A DNA stretch of 64,000 bases from a bacterium (GCA_963693055.1 OY843751.1:5824001-5888000), one strand, 5' to 3'. Positions 42,573 to 53,252 are shown, counted from the first letter of the stretch. Numbers and translations are program-made. The notes: generated from the sequence alone by a model not told the origin.

Positions 42573-43946
42573 CTACAACAACTGTTGTCTGTTCTCATAT
42601 ACTTTTAAAATACCGCGGTATATATCATCCATGTCTTCTTGAGTGCCCAGAAAATTTTCATGTTTGATACCAATGGTTTCTTTTACCAGCTTTTCAGCTT
42701 TGGGGAAATGCAGTCCCGCACGGTATTCGTCCAGCCTATTTTCATCAAACAATTTTTTAAACGTCCGTGAAGAAATAGTGGACTCGATAACGCCTTCCTG
42801 ATGCATGGCAAATCCCTCAATCACTCCCAAACCGGTATTTGCGGGAATGCCCTCTGCTTCCAGCGCTTTGATGAATATTTTGCGGGGCAATCCGAATGTT
42901 TTCTCATCCAGTCTGAACCCGTAATAATAAAAGGATTTACGAGTGACCTGGTCATAATCTTTACGGGGAATAATGCCCGGTATCTGTTTGATCTTTTCCG
43001 TCAAATACGCTGCATTCTCACTTCTTCGGTCCACTTCTTTTTCAACCGATTGCATCTGTGTCATCAAAATAGAAGCCTGGTATTCAGCCATTCTGCATTT
43101 GGTACCCAGAATGGGGCTGCCGCCCTTGTCCTTTGGCATGTATTTTCCACGTGCACGACCAAAATTATGAAAAGAATAACAAAGGTCCATAATCCGTTCG
43201 TCATCACCCAGAATGGCACCGCCTTCACCACAGGTGATCTGCTTGCCGTTTTGCAGGCTGAAACATCCCAAATCTCCCAGCGTACCGGCTTTTTTGTTTT
43301 TCCATTCAGACATGTGCGCTTCACAGGCATCTTCAACCACTACCAGATTGTGTTTTTTGGCAATTTTATTGATCTTGTCCATATTGCAGAGACCACCAAG
43401 AATATGGACGGGTAGAATTGCTTTTGTGTTGGGGGTGATTTGTGCTTCAATCTGGTCGGGATCCATCTGCCAGGTTTCGGGATCAATATCTACAAACACC
43501 GGTAACGCATTATTGAGCAATATTGCATCAATAGATGCCACAAAGGTATAGGGCGTGGTTATAACTTCATCCCCGCCTTCAATGCCAAGCGCTCGCAAGG
43601 CAGTAATTAGCGCATGGGTGCCATTGGTGGTCAACAGACAATGTTTTGCACCCATCAAATCTGCAAATTTCTTTTCCGCTTGCGCAACCACGTTCTTTCG
43701 CGACCATACGCCGCTTTTCAGCACCGGAAGGATTGCATCCTGGTCTTGCTGATCCCAAATGGGCCACCGTGGATAAGGCTTGCTGCGGAGCTTTTCTCCA
43801 CCCAGAATAGCAAGTTTATTATTAGCTTGCGCAAAACTGACTGCGGGCAATGCGCTTGCCAATACCGTTGCCATGGTACCCGCACATGCAGTTGAAAGAA
43901 AACGTCTCCTTGATGTTTGATTTACTTTCATTACTCCCTCCTCCAT
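42573..43946 (-). CDS. DegT/DnrJ/EryC1/StrS-family PLP aminotransferase with twin-arginine signal peptide
   Basis: SRRRFL plus hydrophobic stretch and SFA; NGTHAL, VEDACEAH, FSLQNGKQITCGEGG (PLP lysine). Confidence 0.92.
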   Translation of the reverse strand: MEEGVMKVNQTSRRRFLSTACAGTMATVLASALPAVSFAQANNKLAILGGEKLRSKPYPRWPIWDQQDQDAILPVLKSGVWSRKNVVAQAEKKFADLMGAKHCLLTTNGTHALITALRALGIEGGDEVITTPYTFVASIDAILLNNALPVFVDIDPETWQMDPDQIEAQITPNTKAILPVHILGGLCNMDKINKIAKKHNLVVVEDACEAHMSEWKNKKAGTLGDLGCFSLQNGKQITCGEGGAILGDDERIMDLCYSFHNFGRARGKYMPKDKGGSPILGTKCRMAEYQASILMTQMQSVEKEVDRRSENAAYLTEKIKQIPGIIPRKDYDQVTRKSFYYYGFRLDEKTFGLPRKIFIKALEAEGIPANTGLGVIEGFAMHQEGVIESTISSRTFKKLFDENRLDEYRAGLHFPKAEKLVKETIGIKHENFLGTQEDMDDIYRGILKVYENRQQLL

Positions 43947-44257
43947 AAAAATATGAAATGCTGCTTCCCGGAATAGTGCCTAAATATAGCATGCATAATC
44001 AGGATCAGATTATAAATCCGGACAAATCAGGCTATAATTCAATATAGTAATTTTTTTAACAATATAAATAATTAAGGTGAGTGACTGGAATAAAAAAATA
44101 AAAAATGGCTGTCATGCGCCAGGAAACAAGCAATTACCCCTTAAACTGACCCAATACAGAACAGGCAGGTATAAAACCCAATACCATGGATCAAATTCCA
44201 TACCCGCCGCCCTGTATTATTTCCAAATCATGCTAACTAAAATTAATATTTCCCGCT

Positions 44258-44704
44258 CTAGTGAGCTTCAAGCTCTTCAATTTTAACCTTTGAATATTCG
44301 CTCAAAGGTTTCTCTTTAACGCCCGCGTAAAACACAATAATCTCTGCCGGTTCATCAGACTCATTTTTACCAAAATGCCACTTGTCTACCACTTCAATAA
44401 TTGGCGATCCCTCTTCAAGATACAATGTCTCGTTTTCATTGGTCATAACCGTAAGTTTGCCTTTGGTCAATATGCCCACATTGATGATGGGATGTTTGTG
44501 CACAGGCAGTTCCGAGTGAGGCGGAATAGTAATCTTTAAAACCGTAATCTCGGGTTTTCCGGTCTCATAGTTGGGCAGTTCCTGGCCATCCCAACTTTTG
44601 GATGATTTTACCAGAACTTTGACATTGGGCGAGGCTGAATCATGCGCTATTACCAAGGTTGAAAACAAAAACAATATAGATAATATGATAGACAAATTTT
44701 TCAT
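44258..44704 (-). CDS. Exported cupin-domain protein
   Basis: Signal peptide; LPVHKHP, E....WHFGKN. Confidence 0.85.
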   Translation of the reverse strand: MKNLSIILSILFLFSTLVIAHDSASPNVKVLVKSSKSWDGQELPNYETGKPEITVLKITIPPHSELPVHKHPIINVGILTKGKLTVMTNENETLYLEEGSPIIEVVDKWHFGKNESDEPAEIIVFYAGVKEKPLSEYSKVKIEELEAH

Positions 44705-44827
44705 CTCAAGTCCTTTTCCGTTTGTGATTTTTTAGATTAAACTTCGGGATTTTTTCAATAAATGACCGGGTTATTTAATATTTATCGGCAGGAAATGCTA
44801 CATCTTGAGGGTAATCTGTTTAAAATC

Positions 44828-44859
44828 AAAAAAAAGGCCGCTGTTGATCAACAGCGGCC
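44828..44859 (-). terminator. Intrinsic terminator
   Basis: Perfect palindrome GGCCGCTGTTGATCAACAGCGGCC with an A8 tract (U-tract on the minus strand). Confidence 0.85.
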
Positions 44860-44865
44860 CTAAAA

Positions 44866-45444
44866 TTAAATCACAGGAACTTCGGTTTTTACTTCACCCA
44901 CTATATTAAAAGTCACTTTGACCTTTACATCAAAGTCCAGATTGGGTGGTGGTGTTGGTGTAACAATGCCGTTAATATTGAAAAAAATCTGGTTAGTACC
45001 TGAATCAATATGAATCGCCTGGTTAATTTCTGAAACACCATCGGTTTCAAGACCCGTAACTTGCTCAATATCTTCTACCGCATCCAGATCCAAACCGGAC
45101 AGAGTTGCTAAATCTTTAAGATTATTAAAAGATGTTGCGCTAACCTGAGCAACGCCATCAATAACAGAACCTGCCGCGCTATTGTTATTCAATATTGTAA
45201 AAGAAACACTTTCAATAGAGATTGCAATAATATTTTCAAATGCGTTTTCCTGCTGCAGTTTATTCACCTCGTCGGCAAAATTTATCATATCGGTACTCAC
45301 AAACGAACCGTTTGAGCTGTTTACCGGAACAACTTGTTCAACGTAACCAACAACCGGCAGCTGCACCAAACGTTCTTCGCAAGAAGCGCCAATGGTCATC
45401 ATGGCCAATGCGCCTAATAATAATGTATATACAATTGCTCTCAT
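44866..45444 (-). CDS. Hypothetical beta-rich lipoprotein
   Basis: Lipobox-like IGASC followed by EE; beta-strand-rich mature region. Confidence 0.65.
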   Translation of the reverse strand: MRAIVYTLLLGALAMMTIGASCEERLVQLPVVGYVEQVVPVNSSNGSFVSTDMINFADEVNKLQQENAFENIIAISIESVSFTILNNNSAAGSVIDGVAQVSATSFNNLKDLATLSGLDLDAVEDIEQVTGLETDGVSEINQAIHIDSGTNQIFFNINGIVTPTPPPNLDFDVKVKVTFNIVGEVKTEVPVI

Positions 45445-45461
45445 ATTATATCCTCCAAAAA

Positions 45462-46358
45462 TTAAAGCCCAAACGCGGCAGACAAGGCAAACGCAGTGCG
45501 TGCACCAAATGACGCGTCAGCAGATAAATGTACTAAAACAAGATTAAAGCCCAGACCGGCTGTAATCTCCATGCCGGTATCTCCGTCAATATCCAACTCG
45601 ATTGGCATAATGGTATAATTATCTTCATATGTATACTTTACAGTTGCACTGGTTTTATCAAAGCCTATACCGCCATAAATTGTCATAGGACCAAAACCAC
45701 GGCTTGCCTGTACACCATAGTGCAAAGTTGTCATATTAATCAGATCTTCATCAACATCCACATCCTGCCAGAAAGCTCCTACAGAAATATCAATGGGAAA
45801 CATGAACAGATACTGGCTGATGCTATGCCTGATACCAATACCCTTTAATGTAATGCTGCCAATCTCAGAATCACCAAAATCCGCTGTAAAATAGCGGACA
45901 ATAGCTTCAGAACCCAAGATACCCACAGTTACCTGAGGTACAGCAAATGCGGTAGCATTCATATTCAATCCACCCGGAAAGGCATAAATAGACCCGCCGG
46001 TACCAGTTACAAGCGTGGCTTCTTCACTACCTACAACCGTAGACGCTTCAGCACTTTGCTGTGGATTAAAATTTCCTTCTGTCTTGGCCATAAAGGTTTT
46101 ATCATCATCCGGAATAGGCGCCATCATGGCAACAACACCCACACGCAAACGCAAACCGACTACAGGAATTTTAGCGGACTGGTACCAGCCTCGGTTCATA
46201 TTTACACCCAATCCACTTACGATTGGCTTCATATATCCTTCTGCATTATCCCCTGTATAACGTTTCAGGTTATCTTCAATCTGAGAAAAACCCGTAACAC
46301 TGGATAAAAGGATGAATAGTAAAAGATATAACGGCCACAACTTTTTGTTTAACTGCAT
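45462..46358 (-). CDS. Putative outer-membrane beta-barrel protein (DUF6588-like)
   Basis: Signal peptide; YMKP...GLG...N.GWY.SAK, PQVTVG, GIGIRHSISQY; amphipathic C-terminal strands. Confidence 0.65.
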   Translation of the reverse strand: MQLNKKLWPLYLLLFILLSSVTGFSQIEDNLKRYTGDNAEGYMKPIVSGLGVNMNRGWYQSAKIPVVGLRLRVGVVAMMAPIPDDDKTFMAKTEGNFNPQQSAEASTVVGSEEATLVTGTGGSIYAFPGGLNMNATAFAVPQVTVGILGSEAIVRYFTADFGDSEIGSITLKGIGIRHSISQYLFMFPIDISVGAFWQDVDVDEDLINMTTLHYGVQASRGFGPMTIYGGIGFDKTSATVKYTYEDNYTIMPIELDIDGDTGMEITAGLGFNLVLVHLSADASFGARTAFALSAAFGL

Positions 46359-46521
46359 TTAATTACCTCCAATGAAGGATCATGCGATTTAATGAATTAT
46401 TCAATTATTTATTGCACTATTTCAAGTATTAACTTATATTTAAGAAATACTATTCCGCTTTTTTAATGTTAAGGTATTAATATAAGAACGTTTGTGATTC
46501 AAACAACAAAATTTTTAAAAA

Positions 46522-47691
46522 ATGACAAAAAACAGGCTGGAATTGAGAAAATTTGTTGTTCCCGAGTTTATTTTTGGGGATGGCGCTGTAGATCATACAG
46601 CAAATTTTGTTAACAATTTTTCCGGGGAAAATGTTCTGCTGGTAACCGACAACGGTCTGATAAATGCAGGTTGGGCAGGCCAGGTTGAAGATATTCTTAA
46701 AGATGCCGGCATTCATTATCATATATTCAAAGACATCACCCCAAATCCTAAAGACTATGAGGTGATGGAAGGCACCCGAATTTGCATTGAACAAAAATGC
46801 GATATCATTGTTGCTATTGGCGGCGGCAGTGTAATGGATTGCGCCAAAGGTATTGGCATTGCAAGCTGTAACCAAAAACATGTTTTAGAGTTTGAAGGCG
46901 TTGATGAAGTACCCAAACCAGGCCCCCCTCTTATATGTATCCCAACAACTGCGGGTACCGCCGCAGATATTTCTCAATTTGCCATTATAAACAATACCAC
47001 AGACAAGGTGAAAATTGCAATAATCAGTAAAACCGTAGTTCCTGATGTTGCCTTGATTGACCCGCTTTTAACCAGCACCATGGACCCTGAATTGACTGCT
47101 GAAACCGGCATGGATGCCCTGGTACACGCCTTTGAAGCCTTTGTCTCTACAGGCAGCTCTCCTATTACAGATTTGCATGCGTTACATGCAATCAAACTTA
47201 TTTGGGAATACCTGCCAGTTGCCTATAATGAATCGGATAACATCCACGCGCGTGAAATGATGATGTTGGGCAGCCACTATGCGGGTATGGCATTTTCCAA
47301 TGCCAGTCTGGGACTTGTTCACAGTATGGCCCACAGCATGGGGGGATTGTTGGATTTTGCACATGGCTTATGCAACGCACTTTTGCTCGAAGTTGTAGTA
47401 GATTTTAATTATAAATCATCTATAGATAAATATAATAAAATCAGCAAAACATTGGGATTAAAAATATCAGGAAAAACAGCAGAACATCAAAAGGACCAAC
47501 TTGTAAAAGCCATTCAATCACTCAGACATTCTCTAGACATCACAAGCGATAATCTGAACAGCTCCGTAACGCCAGATCAAATTTTACAAATGAGTAAAAA
47601 TGCCTGTAATGATCCATGTTCTGTTACAAATCCCTACAGCCCCACTGTTGATCTAGTACGGAGCCTGTATGAAAAAATCTTTACCCCCTGA
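46522..47691 (+). CDS. ercA: Iron-containing alcohol dehydrogenase-like protein (ErcA-type)
   Basis: [14 protein letters not shown]-terminus, [27 protein letters not shown]; overlaps a downstream sensor kinase. Confidence 0.8.
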   Translation: MTKNRLELRKFVVPEFIFGDGAVDHTANFVNNFSGENVLLVTDNGLINAGWAGQVEDILKDAGIHYHIFKDITPNPKDYEVMEGTRICIEQKCDIIVAIGGGSVMDCAKGIGIASCNQKHVLEFEGVDEVPKPGPPLICIPTTAGTAADISQFAIINNTTDKVKIAIISKTVVPDVALIDPLLTSTMDPELTAETGMDALVHAFEAFVSTGSSPITDLHALHAIKLIWEYLPVAYNESDNIHAREMMMLGSHYAGMAFSNASLGLVHSMAHSMGGLLDFAHGLCNALLLEVVVDFNYKSSIDKYNKISKTLGLKISGKTAEHQKDQLVKAIQSLRHSLDITSDNLNSSVTPDQILQMSKNACNDPCSVTNPYSPTVDLVRSLYEKIFTP

Positions 47692-48796
47692 TCATAAGGA
47701 AATGCTTGATCGTATTATTGGTGTAAGCAAATCATCCCACCAAAAAAGCTACTACCCTCAGTTGCAGGAACAAATTGCAAAGCTGGAAAAAAGTGAGCAA
47801 AATTATCGTTTCTTGTTCGAAAACATGTTTGATGGTTTACTTGTTTGCCAGGCCGAATATTTAAACGGTAATGAAATACCAAATTTTAAAATAATAGAAA
47901 TGAATTCCGCCTTTCTCAAAGCTACAAATTGGGAAAAAGCATCTCTTTTAAATACTCATTTTTCAACATGGTTTTCTCAAAATCAAAGGCTGTGCAATAG
48001 TTGTCAAAACGTTTTTAGTAAAAATATTGCTACCAATATAGAAGAATATTTCAAAGATATGGACAAATGGTTTTCGATCAACATCTTTTGCCCTCAACCC
48101 GACCGTATTGCTGTCCAATTTCATGATATTACCGTTGAAAAAAGTGCAGAACAAAGCTTACGTGAATCATTGCGAGAAAAAGAAACGCTGGTCAGAGAAG
48201 TACATCATCGGGTAAAAAACAACCTTCAAATCATATCAAGCCTGCTATATTTACAGTCAAAAGGATTCAATGATCCCATTATTGTTAACTTTATCAAAAA
48301 CAGCCAAAACCGCATCCGCTCCATGGCACTCGTTCATGAAATGATTTATAAATCTGAGAATTTTACAAAAATTAATTTTACCGATTATATCCGGAAACTG
48401 TGCTATTCTCTACAAAACGATATGCTGCCTGACACACAAAATATTTCATTTCACTTTTCTATGGATTCGGTCATACTAGACCTCGATCAGGCAATACCTG
48501 CATGCTTAACATTAAATGAAATCATTTCTAATTCATTAAAATATGCATTCAAAGATGTATCCCACACAAACAATACCATTTCGCTGAAAATGTCCCAGAA
48601 AAACAGCAGAGCTTTTCTTACAATCAAAGACAATGGAATTGGTATAGATGAAGAAGGGAAAAGCAGCAAAAATCTGGGTATGAAATTAATAAACACGCTT
48701 GTTCTATCACAATTGGAAGGTAAGCTGGATATAAAAGCATCAAAAGGCACAATATTCAATATTGAATTTGATTTGAAAAACAGGTCGTTTATCTAA
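47669..48796 (+). CDS. Soluble PAS plus HisKA_2-type sensor histidine kinase
   Basis: [18 protein letters not shown]-box, [23 protein letters not shown]; ErcS-like N-terminal peptide KSYYPQLQ. Confidence 0.9.
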   Translation: MKKSLPPDHKEMLDRIIGVSKSSHQKSYYPQLQEQIAKLEKSEQNYRFLFENMFDGLLVCQAEYLNGNEIPNFKIIEMNSAFLKATNWEKASLLNTHFSTWFSQNQRLCNSCQNVFSKNIATNIEEYFKDMDKWFSINIFCPQPDRIAVQFHDITVEKSAEQSLRESLREKETLVREVHHRVKNNLQIISSLLYLQSKGFNDPIIVNFIKNSQNRIRSMALVHEMIYKSENFTKINFTDYIRKLCYSLQNDMLPDTQNISFHFSMDSVILDLDQAIPACLTLNEIISNSLKYAFKDVSHTNNTISLKMSQKNSRAFLTIKDNGIGIDEEGKSSKNLGMKLINTLVLSQLEGKLDIKASKGTIFNIEFDLKNRSFI

Positions 48797-49586
48797 GCTC
48801 AGGATTTCCATAACAGTACAAACACCCATGCGGACATTTGTGATACCAGCCAATATCCTTACTCTTTGTGCACCCGCACAAAGGACGCTGCCCCGATGCT
48901 TTACTTACAGAGGCCTTTAATCCTTTGGGGTGTAATTCATTCAACAAATAGCCATCAATACACCGTGAACGCGGCCAACCGGGCACACAGCAGCCATCCA
49001 GCTGTATCCCATACTTTTCCGCAATGCTCTCAAGCCATTCATTTTCCCGGATTTTTTGGGCATCATCAATATCAATAATGGAAAGCCCTCGTTTTAACAA
49101 CCGCTTTTCAACTTTGGTGTAAATTTCTACCCAACTGGTGATGATATGATAAATCCCCTGCGCAGCAGCCTGCGGAGCGAGAATTTCAAAAAAATCAAGA
49201 TTGCAGATCTCTCTTCCATCAGGCATTAAAAAATGTACAATGGGATCAAACCGGATTCTAATACGCTTGGGACTTTTAACCAGGGTTACCAGTTGAGGCA
49301 TCATATCCATTGCAGTATCTGCACCAGGCACCCCAGGTTCCAGCTCAGTACCGCCCAAGCCGGTTATAGAAAACAATACAAACACCTGGTCCAGTGATTT
49401 TACCAGAGAATTTAATTCATGGTGATTAAACAGATTTGAAGGATCTTTAGTCCAAAATACCACAGAATGAACGGGTTGTTCATGCATTACCTGCTTTAAA
49501 CGTTCCACTAACAAATCCGGATTTCCGGCAATCATATCAGTACGTCTGCTTGCAGAAACAACTATCCCATCTAGCGAGTTGGCCAC
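48789..49586 (-). CDS. DUF1848-family protein (C-terminal CxxxCxxC)
   Basis: [40 protein letters not shown]. Confidence 0.88.
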   Translation of the reverse strand: MANSLDGIVVSASRRTDMIAGNPDLLVERLKQVMHEQPVHSVVFWTKDPSNLFNHHELNSLVKSLDQVFVLFSITGLGGTELEPGVPGADTAMDMMPQLVTLVKSPKRIRIRFDPIVHFLMPDGREICNLDFFEILAPQAAAQGIYHIITSWVEIYTKVEKRLLKRGLSIIDIDDAQKIRENEWLESIAEKYGIQLDGCCVPGWPRSRCIDGYLLNELHPKGLKASVSKASGQRPLCGCTKSKDIGWYHKCPHGCLYCYGNPELR

Positions 49587-49588
49587 AT

Positions 49589-50548
49589 TTACACCCAGCG
49601 GTTAAAATATATCGCATTTTTATTTAAACGTTCGGGAAAATCTTTGAGGGTCATACGCTGGTCCGTATGAATGATTTTGAATTTCATTTCCAGGAAAAGA
49701 TGATATAAAGCAGTATTGTCGAGAGATAATCGTAACAACAACTGGTCCAACTCTCTGTTACGTGCAATACTTTCCAGTGCTGCAAAAAAATGTTCAAAAT
49801 AGCTTAATGGAGTTTGTGGATTAGCGGCAAATGCTACAATTCGCAACACATAATGCTCCTCTTCTATAGATGTAGAGCGGGTTTGAAAAGAGCAATAAGC
49901 AACCGGTACAGATCCATTCATAAACAACACAGAATCCCCAAATCCAAAATTGGTTAAACTGTTAATTAATGGAACATAGTCAATGTTTGCGGCATTGGGG
50001 GCAACCAGTTTTTTAACAATATCACAAAAAACGCCCTGGTCCGAATCTGAACATTCTGAATAAAAAATAATTTTCAACGGTTGTGTATGATTATCCGCAT
50101 TTATGGGAACTGCCCGAATCATATCGGCAGTTAAAGGGCCGGTCACAAATCCCAGTCTTCCATAAAATCCAATATTTCTGGCACTACGGGGATTGGTTTC
50201 CAACCCTATCGTTGTACATCCGTTATATTTAAGAAACTGTATAGATTCAGTCGTTATTTTTTTGCCAATTCCAGACAAGTGAAAATCCGGATCAACCGCC
50301 AGTGGACCTATCCAACCGGTTTTTCCCCAAATATGATTAAAAGAAACACCTAGAATTCTGTCGCGCTCTGAAATAACCAGACAACCTTCCGGGCATTCTT
50401 CCTGGTACATTTCTAAAAACAGTGGACGGCAAAGCGGAATATGGGTCTGATGATAACCATCATCAATCCTGCCCTGAGTAAAAGCTCTCGACAACAGATG
50501 ATTCACATCCGCTATTTCTGCTTTTTCCATTTGACGAACAAATGACAA
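49589..50548 (-). CDS. GNAT-family N-acetyltransferase
   Basis: GPLAVDPDFHLSGIGK acetyl-CoA motif, NIGFYGRLGF; length fits a tandem GNAT fold. Confidence 0.8.
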   Translation of the reverse strand: MSFVRQMEKAEIADVNHLLSRAFTQGRIDDGYHQTHIPLCRPLFLEMYQEECPEGCLVISERDRILGVSFNHIWGKTGWIGPLAVDPDFHLSGIGKKITTESIQFLKYNGCTTIGLETNPRSARNIGFYGRLGFVTGPLTADMIRAVPINADNHTQPLKIIFYSECSDSDQGVFCDIVKKLVAPNAANIDYVPLINSLTNFGFGDSVLFMNGSVPVAYCSFQTRSTSIEEEHYVLRIVAFAANPQTPLSYFEHFFAALESIARNRELDQLLLRLSLDNTALYHLFLEMKFKIIHTDQRMTLKDFPERLNKNAIYFNRWV

Positions 50549-50587
50549 TAGATGACCTCAATTTAAACCGAACCAACTTTAACTAAC

Positions 50588-50612
50588 AAAGCCGCGACAA
50601 GGTCACGGCTTT
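50588..50612 (-). terminator. Hairpin at the ECF sigma factor stop codon
   Basis: Minus-strand AAAGCCGUGAC-CUU-GUCGCGGCUUU. Confidence 0.55.
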
Positions 50613-51186
50613 AAGAACGTAGTTGATCGCGCAATTTCTTTTTTAGCATTTCCCTTGCCCTGAAAATACGCACTTTGACCGTTCCCAGGGGAATGTCCAA
50701 CTCTTCGGCAATCTCTTCATAAGATTTATCCTGAGTGTGACGTAATAAAATTGCGTCTCTGTATTTTTTGGGCAACGAATCAATTGCATCCTTGATCTGA
50801 AAACGCTTTTCCTGAGAAATCATACCATCTTCAGGGTCAACGTTATTGGTATCAGGATAATCTCTTTGAATATCACCCTCTTTAACACTTATGGGAGTAT
50901 CCAAAGAAAAAGTTTTCAACTTTTTCTTTCGAAAATGATCAATACAATTGTTGGCAGCAATTTTGAAAAGCCAGGTTGAAAAGGCATATTCAGAATTAAA
51001 TGAAGACAATGCACGAAAGGCTTTTATAAAGGTCTCCTGCGTAATATCTTCAGCCAGGGGGCGGTCTTTGACCATTCGGAATACAAAATTATAAATCTTT
51101 TCCTGATACTGATTTACAATTTCAGCATATGCCTTTTGATCACCTTCAAGCGCCTGATTTATTAATGAAAAAGTCTGGTTAGTCAT
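50611..51186 (-). CDS. ECF sigma-70 factor (SigW/RpoE-like)
   Basis: AEDITQETFIKAF, FSTWLFKIA.N, SYEEIAEEL.IPLGTVKVRIFRAR. Confidence 0.95.
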   Translation of the reverse strand: MTNQTFSLINQALEGDQKAYAEIVNQYQEKIYNFVFRMVKDRPLAEDITQETFIKAFRALSSFNSEYAFSTWLFKIAANNCIDHFRKKKLKTFSLDTPISVKEGDIQRDYPDTNNVDPEDGMISQEKRFQIKDAIDSLPKKYRDAILLRHTQDKSYEEIAEELDIPLGTVKVRIFRAREMLKKKLRDQLRS

Positions 51187-51333
51187 GCCTGATTGGATAA
51201 GGTTAAATAATATTTAACAAAATTACATTAAAAATGATTAACAATCAAGGAAAAGTTGTTGCAAAAATATATACCAAATGTTACTTTAAGGCGTTGAAAC
51301 ATATATAATTAATGCATATCAGGGAATGATTTT

Positions 51334-51717
51334 ATGGTGCAATCTGTTGGCATAGATATTGTTGATATTGAACGATTTGAAAAAACCATCAACAAATGGG
51401 GAGATAAATTTTTAAACAGAATATTATCCCCAAAAGAGTTGGACTATTGTAAAGCCAAACATAATGCTATCCATTCCATGGCTGCCCGGTTTGCCGCCAA
51501 AGAGGCCCTGATTAAATGTCTGAATGACAATGACCAAATTGGTTTCAGCTGGCAAGATATGGAGATCATAAATGCTAACAACGGCCGTCCGGTGGTACAC
51601 TTGAGGGGCAAAATGCTGTCAAAATTACAAAATGTTGCTATACATGTCAGTCTTTCGCACAGCCCATCATCAGCTGTTGCCGTTATTGTTCTTGAAAAAA
51701 AGGAGAATAACCCATGA
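51334..51717 (+). CDS. acpS: Holo-[acyl-carrier-protein] synthase
   Basis: GIDIVDIER, AARFAAKEA, G.P, VSLSH. Confidence 0.95.
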   Translation: MVQSVGIDIVDIERFEKTINKWGDKFLNRILSPKELDYCKAKHNAIHSMAARFAAKEALIKCLNDNDQIGFSWQDMEIINANNGRPVVHLRGKMLSKLQNVAIHVSLSHSPSSAVAVIVLEKKENNP

Positions 51718-53252
51718 AACCCATTGTAACCGCTAAACAAATGTCTGATATAGATGCCTATTGTATTGAACAATTGAAAATACCCGGTGTTGTATTGATG
51801 GAAAATGCCGGCATTGGAGTAGTAAATCAGGCCCTGGTACTATTAGAAAACAATCCGGTGGGCAAACAGGTTTTGATTCTTTGCGGCCCCGGAAATAATG
51901 GTGGTGACGGTTTTGTGGCCGCCAGGCACTTGATAAATCAAGGTGCTCAGGTCTATACCCTGGTACTATCCCCGCGCGAAAAGATCAAAGGCGATGCATT
52001 AATCAACCTTGAAATCCTTGAAAAGATGGACCACCTCGTTAGGTTTCTAGATACATATGTACAACCAATCGTCAAACCCGATCTCATTATTGACGCAATG
52101 CTAGGTACTGGTGTTAAAGGAACTCTAAGAGGAATATTTATAGAATATGTGGAATGGGCAAACCATCAGCCCTGTAAAACACTGGCTGTAGATATTCCAA
52201 CGGGTGTAAATGGAGATGACGGCTCTATAAACGGCCCTGTAATAAGAGCTGATATAACTACAACCATGGCACTGCCAAAACCCGGCCTATTATTTTCCCC
52301 CGGCAGAGAGTTTGCCGGTAAAATTGAAACAATAGATATTAGCATGCCGCAAAAGGCGTTTGATAATAACATCTCTAAAGTTTGGATGCCTGAACAAAAA
52401 GAGATTAAAGCCTTGTTGCCTTCCCGCCCGCTGGACGCGTACAAGAATAAATTCGGCACTGTTGCCGTTGTAGCCGGTTCACGCGGATTTACGGGTGCGG
52501 CTTGCTTGTCCAGTATGGCTGTGCTAAAATCCGGATCAGGTCTGTCATATTTGTGTGCGCCTGCCAGCCTTAATGTTATATATGAATCTCAAATGGCTGA
52601 AGTCATTACCTGGCCCTTTGATAACGACAATGGCTACCTCTCAATTAAAGATATTGAAAAAATTAAAGAAAAAATTAATGAACAATCGGCTGTTGCTTTG
52701 GGTCCGGGTCTGGGTCAGGCACAGGAAACCCGTGAGCTGGTACTACAATTATTAAAAGATATTGATAAATCAATGGTGCTGGATGCGGACGGATTAAATA
52801 TTTGCGCTAATCATCCGGAAAGCATTATCAATTATCGTGGAGAGATGGTGCTTACTCCTCACCCGGGCGAATTTTCCCGATTAACCGGTTTATCGATCAA
52901 AGAAATACAATCAGATCGGATAGAATGGGTACGCAAATACAGTAAAAAATGGAACCAGATTCTGGTACTCAAAGGCGGCCCCACGCTTGTAGGTACACCG
53001 GAAGGTGATGTGTATATCAACCCCACCGGTAATGCCGGAATGGCTACTGCAGGATCCGGAGATGTATTGACCGGTATTATATCCGGATTTATCTCACAGG
53101 GTCTTGGCACATACAAAGCCGCTCTGGCAGGTGTTTATATACACGGACTTGCCGGCGACCTGGCAAAAGATGACAAGGGTGAAGCGGGAATGACCGCAAT
53201 GGATATTTTAAACAATCTACCAAAAGCAATGGAAAAAGTAAAAAATGGATAA
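51714..53252 (+). CDS. nnr: Bifunctional NAD(P)H-hydrate epimerase/dehydratase
   Basis: LMENAG, GPGNNGGDG, DIPTG, GPGLG, LDADG, TPHPGE, MATAGSGDVLTG. Confidence 0.96.
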   Translation: MKPIVTAKQMSDIDAYCIEQLKIPGVVLMENAGIGVVNQALVLLENNPVGKQVLILCGPGNNGGDGFVAARHLINQGAQVYTLVLSPREKIKGDALINLEILEKMDHLVRFLDTYVQPIVKPDLIIDAMLGTGVKGTLRGIFIEYVEWANHQPCKTLAVDIPTGVNGDDGSINGPVIRADITTTMALPKPGLLFSPGREFAGKIETIDISMPQKAFDNNISKVWMPEQKEIKALLPSRPLDAYKNKFGTVAVVAGSRGFTGAACLSSMAVLKSGSGLSYLCAPASLNVIYESQMAEVITWPFDNDNGYLSIKDIEKIKEKINEQSAVALGPGLGQAQETRELVLQLLKDIDKSMVLDADGLNICANHPESIINYRGEMVLTPHPGEFSRLTGLSIKEIQSDRIEWVRKYSKKWNQILVLKGGPTLVGTPEGDVYINPTGNAGMATAGSGDVLTGIISGFISQGLGTYKAALAGVYIHGLAGDLAKDDKGEAGMTAMDILNNLPKAMEKVKNG

